Shown here piece after piece: positions 15,001-27,000 of a stretch of 64,000 nt of DNA (positions are counted from its first letter, which is position 1; every line of letters starts with the position of its first letter). The stretch covers positions 589,231-653,230 of the forward strand of contig CBFFSA010000011.1 in assembly GCA_965644495.1 (NCBI GenBank), in the 5' to 3' direction. This DNA is from Perkinsela sp. CCAP 1560/9. Its lineage: Eukaryota > Protista > Euglenozoa: Kinetoplastea. The translations under genes were made by a program, and so were the position numbers. Below the pieces are notes generated by a model. It was not told the origin of the DNA, did no database searches, and was given only the letters and a program-made list of their open reading frames with translations.

Positions 15001-18000
15001 TTCAAAAAAACAAAGGTCTTCAAAAAAACATAGGTCTTCAAAAAAACAAAGGTCTTCAAAAAAACAAAGGTCTTCAAAAAAACAAAGGTCTTCAAAAAAA
15101 CAAAAGGTCTTCAAAAAAAGAAAGGTCTTCAAAAAAAGAAAGGTCTTCAAAAAAACAAAGGTCTTCGAAAAAACAAAGGTCTTCAAAAAAACAAAGGTCT
15201 TCAAAAAAAAAAAGGTCTTCAAAAAAAACAAAGGTCTTCAAAAAAACAAAAGTCTTCAAAAAAACAAAGTCTTCAAAAAATCAAAGGTCTTCAAAAAAAC
15301 AAAGGTCTTCAAAAAAACAAAGGTCTTCAAAAAAACAAAGGTCTTCAAAAAAAACAAAGGTCTTCAAAAACAAAGGTCTTCAAAAAAACAAAGGTCTTCA
15401 AAAAGTCAAAAGGTCTTCAAAAAAAAAGGTCTTCAAAAAAACAAAGGTCTTCAAAAAAACAAAGGTCTTCAAAAAAACAAAAGGTCTTCAAAAAAAGAAA
15501 GGTCTTCAAAAAAACAAAGGTCTTCAAAAAAACAAAGGTCTTCGAAAAAACAAAGGTCTTCAAAAAAACAAAGGTCTTCAAAAAAACAAAGGTCTTCAAA
15601 AAAACAAAGGTCTTCAAAAAAACAAAGGTCTTCAAAAAAACAAAGGTCTTCAAAAAAACAAAAGGTCTTCAAAAAAAGAAAGGTCTTCAAAAAAACAAAG
15701 GTCTTCAAAAAAACAAAGGTCTTCGAAAAAACAAAGGTCTTCAAAAAAACAAAAGTCTTTAAAAAAACAAAGTCTTCAAAAAATCAAAGGTCTTCAAAAA
15801 AACAAAGGTCTTCAAAAAAACAAAGGTCTTCAAAAAAACAAAGGTCTTCAAAAAAACAAAGGTCCTCAAAAAAACAAAGGTCTTCAAAAAAAACAAAGGT
15901 CTTCAAAAAAAAAAAGGTCTTCAAAAAAACAAAGGTCTTCAAAAAAACAAAGGTCTTCAAAAAAACAAAGGTCTTCAAAAACAAAGGTCTTCAAAAAAAC
16001 AAAGGTCTTCAAAAAAACAAAGGTCTTCAAAAAAACAAAGGTCTTCAAAAAAACAAAGGTCTTCAAAAAAACAAAGGTCTTCAAAAAAACATAGGTCTTC
16101 AAAAAAACAAAGGTCTTCAAAAAAACAAAGGTCTTCAAAAAAACAAAGGTCTTCAAAAAAACAAAGGTCTTCAAAAACAAAGGTCTTCAAAAAAACAAAG
16201 GTCTTCAAAAAAACAAAGGTCTTCAAAAAAAGAAAGGTCTTCAAAAAAAACAAAGGTCTTCAAAAACAAACGTCTTCAAAAAAACAAAGGTCTTCAAAAA
16301 GTCAAAAGGTCTTCAAAAAAAAAGGTCTTCAAAAAAACAAAGGTCTTCAAAAAAACAAAGGTCTTCAAAAAAACAAAAGGTCTTCAAAAAAAGAAAGGTC
16401 TTCAAAAAAACAAAGGTCTTCAAAAAAACAAAGGTCTTCAAAAAAACAAAAGTCTTCAAAAAAACAAAGGTCTTCAAAAAAACAAAGGTCTTCAAAAAAA
16501 CAAAGGTCTTCAAAAAAAAAAAGGTCTTCAAAAAAACAAAAGGTCTTCAAAAAAAGAAAGGTCTTCAAAAAAACAAAGGTCTTCAAAAAAACAAAGGTCT
16601 TCGAAAAAACAAAGGTCTTCAAAAAAACAAAGGTCTTCAAAAAAACAAAGGTCTTCAAAAAAACAAAGGTCTTCAAAAAAACAAAGGTCTTCAAAAAAAC
16701 AAAGGTCTTCAAAAAAACAAAAGGTCTTCAAAAAAAGAAAGGTCTTCAAAAAAACAAAGGTCTTCAAAAAAACAAAGGTCTTCGAAAAAACAAAGGTCTT
16801 CAAAAAAACAAAAGTCTTTAGAAAAACAAAGTCTTCAAAAAATCAAAGGTCTTCAAAAAAACAAAGGTCTTCAAAAAAACAAAGGTCTTCAAAAAAACAA
16901 AGGTCTTCAAAAAAACAAAGGTCTTCAAAAAAACAAAGGTCTTCAAAAAAAACAAAGGTGATCAAAAAAACAAAGGTCTTCAAAAAAACAAAGGTCTTCA
17001 AAAAAAAAAAGGTCTTCAAAAAAACAAAGGTCTTCAAAAAAACAAAGGTCTTCAAAAAAACAAAGGTCTTCAAAAACAAAGGTCTTCAAAAAAACAAAGG
17101 TCTTCAAAAAAACAAAGGTCTTCAAAAAAACAAAGGTCTTCAAAAAAACAAAGGTCTTCAAAAAAACAAAGGTCTTCAAAAAAACATAGGTCTTCAAAAA
17201 AACAAAGGTCTTCAAAAAAACAAAGGTCTTCAAAAAAACAAAGGTCTTCAAAAAAACAAAGGTCTTCAAAAACAAAGGTCTTCAAAAAAACAAAGGTCTT
17301 CAAAAAAACAAAGGTCTTCAAAAAAAGAAAGGTCTTCAAAAAAAACAAAGGTCTTCAAAAACAAACGTCTTCAAAAAAACAAAGGTCTTCAAAAAGTCAA
17401 AAGGTCTTCAAAAAAAAAGGTCTTCAAAAAAACAAAGGTCTTCAAAAAAACAAAGGTCTTCAAAAAAACAAAAGGTCTTCAAAAAAAGAAAGGTCTTCAA
17501 AAAAACAAAGGTCTTCAAAAAAACAAAGGTCTTCGAAAAAACAAAGGTCTTCAAAAAAACAAAGGTCTTCAAAAAAACAAAGGTCTTCAAAAAAACAAAG
17601 GTCTTCAAAAAAACAAAGGTCTTCAAAAAAACATAGGTCTTCAAAAAAACAAAGGTCATCAAAAAAACAAAGGTCTTCAAAAAAACAAAGGTCTTCAAAA
17701 AAAAAAAGGTCTTCAAAAAAACAAAGGTCTTCAAAAAAAAAAAGGTCTTCAAAAAAAACAAAGGTCTTCAAAAAAACAAAAGTCTTCAAAAAAACAAAGT
17801 CTTCAAAAAATCAAAGGTCTTCAAAAAAACAAAGGTCTTCAAAAAAACAAAGGTCTTCAAAAAAACAAAGGTCTTCAAAAAAACAAAGGTCTTCAAAAAA
17901 ACAAAGGTCTTCAAAAACAAAGGTCTTCAAAAAAACAAAGGTCTTCAAAAAAACAAAGGTCTTCAAAAAAACAAAGGTCTTCAAAAAAACAAAGGTCTTC

Positions 18001-21000
18001 AAAAAAACAAAGGTCTTCAAAAAAACAAAGGTCTTCAAAAAAACATAGGTCTTCAAAAAAACAAAGGTCTTCAAAAAAACAAAGGTCTTCAAAAAAACAA
18101 AGGTCTTCAAAAAAACAAAGGTCTTCAAAAACAAAGGTCTTCAAAAAAACAAAGGTCATCAAAAAAACAAAGGTCTTCAAAAAAACAAAGGTCTTCAAAA
18201 AAACAAAGGTCTTCAAAAAAACATAGGTCTTCAAAAAAACAAAGGTCTTCAAAAAAACAAAGGTCTTCAAAAAAACAAAGGTCTTCAAAAAAACAAAGGT
18301 CTTCAAAAACAAAGGTCTTCAAAAAAACAAAGGTCTTCAAAAAAACAAAGGTCTTCAAAAAAAGAAAGGTCTTCAAAAAAAACAAACGTCTTCAAAAACA
18401 AAGGTCTTCAAAAAAACAAAGGTCTTCAAAAAGTCAAAAGGTCTTCAAAAAAAAAGGTCTTCAAAAAAACAAAGGTCTTCAAAAAAACAAAGGTCTTCAA
18501 AAAAAGAAAGGTCTTCAAAAAATCAAAGGTCTTCAAAAAAACAAAGGTCTTCAAAAAAACAAAGGTCTTCAAAAAAACAAAGGTCTTCAAAAAAACAAAG
18601 GTCTTCAAAAAAACAAAGGTCTTCAAAAAAACAAAGGTCTTCAAAAAAACAAAGGTCTTCAAAAAAACAAAGGTCTTCAAAAAAACAAAGGTCTTCAAAA
18701 AAACAAAGGTCTTCAAAAAAACAAAGGTCCTCAAAAAAACAAAGGTCTTCAAAAAAAACAAAGGTCATCAAAAAAACAAAGGTCTTCAAAAAAACAAAGG
18801 TCTTCGAAAAAACAAAGGTCTTCAAAAAAACAAAGGTCTTCAAAAAAAAAAAGGTCTTCAAAAAAAACAAAGGTCTTCAAAAAAACAAAAGTCTTCAAAA
18901 AAACAAAGTCTTCAAAAAATCAAAGGTCTTCAAAAAAACAAAGGTCTTCAAAAAAACAAAGGTCTTCAAAAAAACAAAGGTCTTCAAAAAAACAAAGGTC
19001 CTCAAAAAAACAAAGGTCTTCAAAAAAAACAAAGGTCATCAAAAAAACAAAGGTCTTCAAAAAAACAAAGGTCTTCAAAAAAACAAAGGTCTTCAAAAAA
19101 ACATAGGTCTTCAAAAAAACAAAGGTCTTCAAAAAAACAAAGGTCTTCAAAAAAACAAAGGTCTTCAAAAAAACAAAGGTCTTCAAAAACAAAGGTCTTC
19201 AAAAAAACAAAGGTCTTCAAAAAAACAAAGGTCTTCAAAAAAAGAAAGGTCTTCAAAAAAAACAAAGGTCTTCAAAAACAAAGGTCTTCAAAAAAACAAA
19301 GGTCTTCAAAAAGTCAAAAGGTCTTCAAAAAAAAAGGTCTTCAAAAAAACAAAGGTCTTCAAAAAAACAAAAGGTCTTCAAAAAAAGAAAGGTCTTCAAA
19401 AAAACAAAGGTCTTCAAAAAAACAAAGGTCTTCAAAAAAACAAAGGTCTTCAAAAAAACAAAGGTCCTCAAAAAAACAAAGGTCTTCAAAAAAAACAAAG
19501 GTCATCAAAAAAACAAAGGTCTTCAAAAAAACAAAGGTCTTCAAAAAAACAAAGGTCTTCAAAAAAACAAAGGTCTTCAAAAAAACAAAGGTCTTCAAAA
19601 AAACAAAGGTCTTCAAAAACAAAGGTCTTCAAAAAAACAAAGGTCTTCAAAAAAACAAAGGTCTTCAAAAAAACAAAGGTCTTCAAAAAAACAAAGGTCT
19701 TCAAAAAAACAAAGGTCTTCAAAAAAACAAAGGTCTTCAAAAAAACATAGGTCTTCAAAAAAACAAAGGTCTTCAAAAAAACAAAGGTCTTCAAAAAAAC
19801 AAAGGTCTTCAAAAACAAAGGTCTTCAAAAAAACAAAGGTCTTCAAAAAAACAAAGGTCTTCAAAGAAAGAAAGGTCTTCAAAAAAAACAAAGGTCTTCA
19901 AAAACAAAGGTCTTCAAAAAAACAAAGGTCTTCAAAAAGTCAAAAGGTCTTCTAAAAAAAAGGTCTTCAAAAAAACAAAGGTCTTCAAAAAAACAAAGGT
20001 CTTCAAAAAAACAAAAGGTCTTCAAAAAAAGAAAGGTCTTCAAAAAAACAAAGGTCTTCAAAAAAACAAAGGTCTTCAAAAAAAAAAAGGTCTTCAAAAA
20101 AAACAAAGGTCTTCAAAAAAACAAAAGTCTTCAAAAAAACAAAGTCTTCAAAAAATCAAAGGTCTTCAAAAAAACAAAGGTCTTCAAAAAAACAAAGGTC
20201 TTCAAAAAAACAAAGGTCTTCAAAAAAATAAAGGTCTTCAAAAAAACAAAGGTCTTCAAAAAAACAAAGGTCTTCAAAAAAACAAAGGTCTTCAAAAAAA
20301 CAAAGGTCTTCAAAAAAACAAAGGTCTTCAAAAACAAAGGTCTTCAAAAAAACAAAGGTCTTCAAAAAAACAAAGGTCTTCAAAAAAAGAAAGGTCTTCA
20401 AAAAAAACAAAGGTCTTCAAAAACAAAGGTCTTCAAAAAAACAAAGGTCTTCAAAAAGTCAAAAGGTCTTCAAAAAAAAAGGTCTTCAAAAAAACAAAGG
20501 TCTTCAAAAAAACAAAGGTCTTCAAAAAAACAAAAGGTCTTCAAAAAAAGAAAGGTCTTCAAAAAAACAAAGGTCTTCAAAAAAACAAAGGTCTTCGAAA
20601 AAACAAAGGTCTTCAAAAAAACAAAGGTCTTCAAAAAAACAAAGGTCTTCAAAAAAACAAAGGTCTTCAAAAAAACATAGGTCTTCAAAAAAACAAAGGT
20701 CTTCAAAAAAACAAAGGTCTTCAAAAAAACAAAGGTCTTCAAAAAAACAAAAGGTCTTCAAAAAAAGAAAGGTCTTCAAAAAAAGAAAGGTCTTCAAAAA
20801 AACAAAGGTCTTCGAAAAAACAAAGGTCTTCAAAAAAACAAAGGTCTTCAAAAAAAAAAAGGTCTTCAAAAAAAACAAAGGTCTTCAAAAAAACAAAAGT
20901 CTTCAAAAAAACAAAGTCTTCAAAAAATCAAAGGTCTTCAAAAAAACAAAGGTCTTCAAAAAAACAAAGGTCTTCAAAAAAACAAAGGTCTTCAAAAAAA

Positions 21001-24000
21001 ACAAAGGTCTTCAAAAACAAAGGTCTTCAAAAAAACAAAGGTCTTCAAAAAGTCAAAAGGTCTTCAAAAAAAAAGGTCTTCAAAAAAACAAAGGTCTTCA
21101 AAAAAACAAAGGTCTTCAAAAAAACAAAAGGTCTTCAAAAAAAGAAAGGTCTTCAAAAAAACAAAGGTCTTCAAAAAAACAAAGGTCTTCAAAAAAACAA
21201 AGGTCTTCAAAAAAACAAAGGTCTTCAAAAAAACAAAGGTCTTCAAAAAAACAAAAGGTCTTCAAAAAAAGAAAGGTCTTCAAAAAAACAAAGGTCTTCA
21301 AAAAAACAAAGGTCTTCGAAAAAACAAAGGTCTTCAAAAAAACAAAAGTCTTTAAAAAAACAAAGTCTTCAAAAAATCAAAGGTCTTCAAAAAAACAAAG
21401 GTCTTCAAAAAAACAAAGGTCTTCAAAAAAACAAAGGTCTTCAAAAAAACAAAGGTCCTCAAAAAAACAAAGGTCTTCAAAAAAAACAAAGGTCATCAAA
21501 AAAACAAAGGTCTTCAAAAAAACAAAGGTCTTCAAAAAAAAAAAGGTCTTCAAAAAAACAAAGGTCTTCAAAAAAACAAAGGTCTTCAAAAAAACAAAGG
21601 TCTTCAAAAACAAAGGTCTTCAAAAAAACAAAGGTCTTCAAAAAAACAAAGGTCTTCAAAAAAACAAAGGTCTTCAAAAAAACAAAGGTCTTCAAAAAAA
21701 CAAAGGTCTTCAAAAAAACATAGGTCTTCAAAAAAACAAAGGTCTTCAAAAAAACAAAGGTCTTCAAAAAAACAAAGGTCTTCAAAAAAACAAAGGTCTT
21801 CAAAAACAAAGGTCTTCAAAAAAACAAAGGTCTTCAAAAAAACAAAGGTCTTCAAAAAAAGAAAGGTCTTCAAAAAAAACAAAGGTCTTCAAAAACAAAC
21901 GTCTTCAAAAAAACAAAGGTCTTCAAAAAGTCAAAAGGTCTTCAAAAAAAAAGGTCTTCAAAAAAACAAAGGTCTTCAAAAAAACAAAGGTCTTCAAAAA
22001 AACAAAAGGTCTTCAAAAAAAGAAAGGTCTTCAAAAAAACAAAGGTCTTCAAAAAAACAAAGGTCTTCAAAAAAACAAAAGTCTTCAAAAAAACAAAGGT
22101 CTTCAAAAAAACAAAGGTCTTCAAAAAAACAAAGGTCTTCAAAAAAAAAAAGGTCTTCAAAAAAACAAAAGGTCTTCAAAAAAAGAAAGGTCTTCAAAAA
22201 AACAAAGGTCTTCAAAAAAACAAAGGTCTTCGAAAAAACAAAGGTCTTCAAAAAAACAAAGGTCTTCAAAAAAACAAAGGTCTTCAAAAAAACAAAGGTC
22301 TTCAAAAAAACAAAGGTCTTCAAAAAAACAAAGGTCTTCAAAAAAACAAAAGGTCTTCAAAAAAAGAAAGGTCTTCAAAAAAACAAAGGTCTTCAAAAAA
22401 ACAAAGGTCTTCGAAAAAACAAAGGTCTTCAAAAAAACAAAAGTCTTTAGAAAAACAAAGTCTTCAAAAAATCAAAGGTCTTCAAAAAAACAAAGGTCTT
22501 CAAAAAAACAAAGGTCTTCAAAAAAACAAAGGTCTTCAAAAAAACAAAGGTCTTCAAAAAAACAAAGGTCTTCAAAAAAAACAAAGGTGATCAAAAAAAC
22601 AAAGGTCTTCAAAAAAACAAAGGTCTTCAAAAAAAAAAAGGTCTTCAAAAAAACAAAGGTCTTCAAAAAAACAAAGGTCTTCAAAAAAACAAAGGTCTTC
22701 AAAAACAAAGGTCTTCAAAAAAACAAAGGTCTTCAAAAAAACAAAGGTCTTCAAAAAAACAAAGGTCTTCAAAAAAACAAAGGTCTTCAAAAAAACAAAG
22801 GTCTTCAAAAAAACATAGGTCTTCAAAAAAACAAAGGTCTTCAAAAAAACAAAGGTCTTCAAAAAAACAAAGGTCTTCAAAAAAACAAAGGTCTTCAAAA
22901 ACAAAGGTCTTCAAAAAAACAAAGGTCTTCAAAAAAACAAAGGTCTTCAAAAAAAGAAAGGTCTTCAAAAAAAACAAAGGTCTTCAAAAACAAACGTCTT
23001 CAAAAAAACAAAGGTCTTCAAAAAGTCAAAAGGTCTTCAAAAAAAAAGGTCTTCAAAAAAACAAAGGTCTTCAAAAAAACAAAGGTCTTCAAAAAAACAA
23101 AAGGTCTTCAAAAAAAGAAAGGTCTTCAAAAAAACAAAGGTCTTCAAAAAAACAAAGGTCTTCGAAAAAACAAAGGTCTTCAAAAAAACAAAGGTCTTCA
23201 AAAAAACAAAGGTCTTCAAAAAAACAAAGGTCTTCAAAAAAACAAAGGTCTTCAAAAAAACATAGGTCTTCAAAAAAACAAAGGTCATCAAAAAAACAAA
23301 GGTCTTCAAAAAAACAAAGGTCTTCAAAAAAAAAAAGGTCTTCAAAAAAACAAAGGTCTTCAAAAAAAAAAAGGTCTTCAAAAAAAACAAAGGTCTTCAA
23401 AAAAACAAAAGTCTTCAAAAAAACAAAGTCTTCAAAAAATCAAAGGTCTTCAAAAAAACAAAGGTCTTCAAAAAAACAAAGGTCTTCAAAAAAACAAAGG
23501 TCTTCAAAAAAACAAAGGTCTTCAAAAAAACAAAGGTCTTCAAAAAAACAAAGGTCTTCAAAAAAACAAAGGTCTTCAAAAAAACAAAGGTCTTCAAAAA
23601 AACATAGGTCTTCAAAAAAACAAAGGTCATCAAAAAAACAAAGGTCTTCAAAAAAACAAAGGTCTTCAAAAAAAAAAAGGTCTTCAAAAAAACAAAGGTC
23701 TTCAAAAAAACAAAGGTCTTCAAAAAAACAAAGGTCTTCAAAAAAACAAAGGTCTTCAAAAAAACAAAGGTCTTCAAAAAAACAAAGGTCTTCAAAAAAA
23801 CAAAGGTCTTCAAAAACAAAGGTCTTCAAAAAAACAAAGGTCTTCAAAAAAACAAAGGTCTTCAAAAAAAGAAAGGTCTTCAAAAAAAACAAAGGTCTTC
23901 AAAAACAAAGGTCTTCAAAAAAACAAAGGTCTTCAAAAAGTCACAAGGTCTTCAAAAAAAAAGGTCTTCAAAAAAACAAAGGTCTTCAAAAAAACAAAGG

Positions 24001-27000
24001 TCTTCAAAAAAACAAAAGGTCTTCAAAAAAAGAAAGGTCTTCAAAAAAACAAAGGTCTTCAAAAAAACAAAGGTCTTCGAAAAAACAAAGGTCTTCAAAA
24101 AAACAAAGGTCTTCAAAAAAACAAAGGTCTTCAAAAAAACAAAGGTCTTCAAAAAAACAAAGGTCTTCAAAAAAACAAAGGTCTTCAAAAACAAAGGTCT
24201 TCAAAAAAACAAAGGTCTTCAAAAAAACCAAGGTCTTCAAAAAAAGAAAGGTCTTCAAAAAAAACAAAGGTCTTCAAAAACAAACGTCTTCAAAAAAACA
24301 AAGGTCTTCAAAAAGTCAAAAGGTCTTCAAAAAAAAAGGTCTTCAAAAAAACAAAGGTCTTCAAAAAAACAAAGGTCTTCAAAAAAACAAAAGGTCTCCA
24401 AAAAAAGAAAGGTCTTCAAAAAAACAAAGGTCTTCAAAAAAACAAAGGTCTGCAAAAAAACAAAGGTCTTCAAAAACAAAGGTCTTCAAAAAAACAAAGG
24501 TCTTCAAAAAAACAAAGGTCTTCAAAAAAAGAAAGGTCTTCAAAAAAAACAAAGGTCTTCAAAAACAAACGTCTTCAAAAAAACAAAGGTCTTCAAAAAG
24601 TCAAAAGGTCTTCAAAAAAAAAGGTCTTCAAAAAAACAAAGGTCTTCAAAAAAACAAAGGTCTTCAAAAAAACAAAAGGTCTTCAAAAAAAGAAAGGTCT
24701 TCAAAAAAACAAAGGTCTTCAAAAAAACAAAGGTCTTCAAAAAAACAAAAGGTCTTCAAAAAAAGAAAGGTCTTCAAAAAAACAAAGGTCTTCAAAAAAA
24801 CAAAGGTCTTCGAAAAAACAAAGGTCTTCAAAAAAACAAAGGTCTTCAAAAAAACAAAGGTCTTCAAAAAAACAAAGGTCTTCAAAAAAACAAAGGTCTT
24901 CGAAAAAACAAAGGTCTTCAAAAAAACAAAGGTCTTCAAAAAAAAAAAGGTCTTCAAAAAAAACAAAGGTCTTCAAAAAAACAAAAGTCTTCAAAAAAAC
25001 AAAGTCTTCAAAAAATCAAAGGTCTTCAAAAAAACAAAAGGTCTTCAAAAAAAGAAAGGTCTTCAAAAAAACAAAGGTCTTCAAAAAAACAAAGGTCTTC
25101 GAAAAAACAAAGGTCTTCAAAAAAACAAAGGTCTTCAAAAAAACAAAGGTCTTCAAAAAAACAAAGGTCTTCGAAAAAACAAAGGTCTTCAAAAAAACAA
25201 AGGTCTTCAAAAAAAAAAAAGGTCTTCAAAAAAAACAAAGGTCTTCAAAAAAACAAAAGTCTTTAAAAAAACAAAGTCTTCAAAAAATCAAAGGTCTTCA
25301 AAAAAACAAAGGTCTTCAAAAAAACAAAGGTCTTCAAAAAAACAAAGGTCTTCAAAAAAACAAAGGTCTTCAAAAAAACATAGGTCTTCAAAAAAACAAA
25401 GGTCTTCAAAAAAACAAAGGTCTTCAAAAAAAAAAAGGTCTTCAAAAAAAAAAAGGTCTTCAAAAAAAACAAAGGTCTTCAAAAAGTCAAAAGGTCTTCA
25501 AAAAAAAAGGTCTTCAAAAAAACAAAGGTCTTCAAAAAAACAAAGGTCTTCAAAAAAACAAAAGGTCTTCAAAAAAAGAAAGGTCTTCAAAAAAACAAAG
25601 GTCTTCAAAAAAACAAAGGTCTTCAAAAAAAAAAAGGTCTTCAAAAAAAACAAAGGTCTTCAAAAAAACAAAGGTCTTCAAAAAAACAAAGGTCTTCAAA
25701 AAAACAAAGGTCTTCAAAAAAACAAAGGTCTTCAAAAACAAAGGTCTTCAAAAAAACAAAGGTCTTCAAAAAAACAAAGGTCTTCAAAAAAAGAAAGGTC
25801 TTCAAAAAAAACAAAGGTCTTCAAAAACAAAGGTCTTCAAAAAAACAAAGGTCTTCAAAAAGTCAAAAGGTCTTCAAAAAAAAAGGTCTTCAAAAAAACA
25901 AAGGTCTTCAAAAAAACAAAGGTCTTCAAAAAAACAAAAGGTCTTCAAAAAAAGAAAGGTCTTCAAAAAAACCAAGGTCTTCAAAAAAACAAAGGTCTTC
26001 GAAAAAACAAAGGTCTTCAAAAAAACAAAGGTCTTCAAAAAAACAAAGGTCTTCAAAAAAACAAAGGTCTTCAAAAAAACATAGGTCTTCAAAAAAACAA
26101 AGGTCTTCAAAAAAACAAAGGTCTTCAAAAAAACAAAGGTCTTCAAAAAAACAAAAGGTCTTCAAAAAAAGAAAGGTCTTCAAAAAAAGAAAGGTCTTCA
26201 AAAAAACAAAGGTCTTCGAAAAAACAAAGGTCTTCAAAAAAACAAAGGTCTTCAAAAAAAAAAAGGTCTTCAAAAAAAACAAAAGTCTTCAAAAAAACAA
26301 AAGTCTTCAAAAAAACAAAGTCTTCAAAAAATCAAAGGTCTTCAAAAAAACAAAGGTCTTCAAAAAAACAAAGGTCTTCAAAAAAAACAAAGGTCTTCAA
26401 AAACAAAGGTCTTCAAAAAAACAAAGGTCTTCAAAAAGTCAAAAGGTCTTCAAAAAAAAAGGTCTTCAAAAAAACAAAGGTCTTCAAAAAAACAAAGGTC
26501 TTCAAAAAAACAAAAGGTCTTCAAAAAAAGAAAGGTCTTCAAAAAAACAAAGGTCTTCAAAAAAACAAAGGTCTTCGAAAAAACAAAGGTCTTCAAAAAA
26601 ACAAAGGTCTTCAAAAAAACAAAGGTCTTCAAAAAAACATAGGTCTTCAAAAAAACAAAGGTCTTCAAAAAAACAAAGGTCTTCAAAAAAACAAAAGGTC
26701 TTCAAAAAAAGAAAGGTCTTCAAAAAAACAAAGGTCTTCAAAAAAACAAAGGTCTTCGAAAAAACAAAGGTCTTCAAAAAAACAAAAGTCTTTAAAAAAA
26801 CAAAGTCTTCAAAAAATCAAAGGTCTTCAAAAAAACAAAGGTCTTCAAAAAAACAAAGGTCTTCAAAAAAACAAAGGTCTTCAAAAAAACAAAGGTCCTC
26901 AAAAAAACAAAGGTCTTCAAAAAAAACAAAGGTCATCAAAAAAACAAAGGTCTTCAAAAAAACAAAGGTCTTCAAAAAAAAAAAGGTCTTCAAAAAAACA

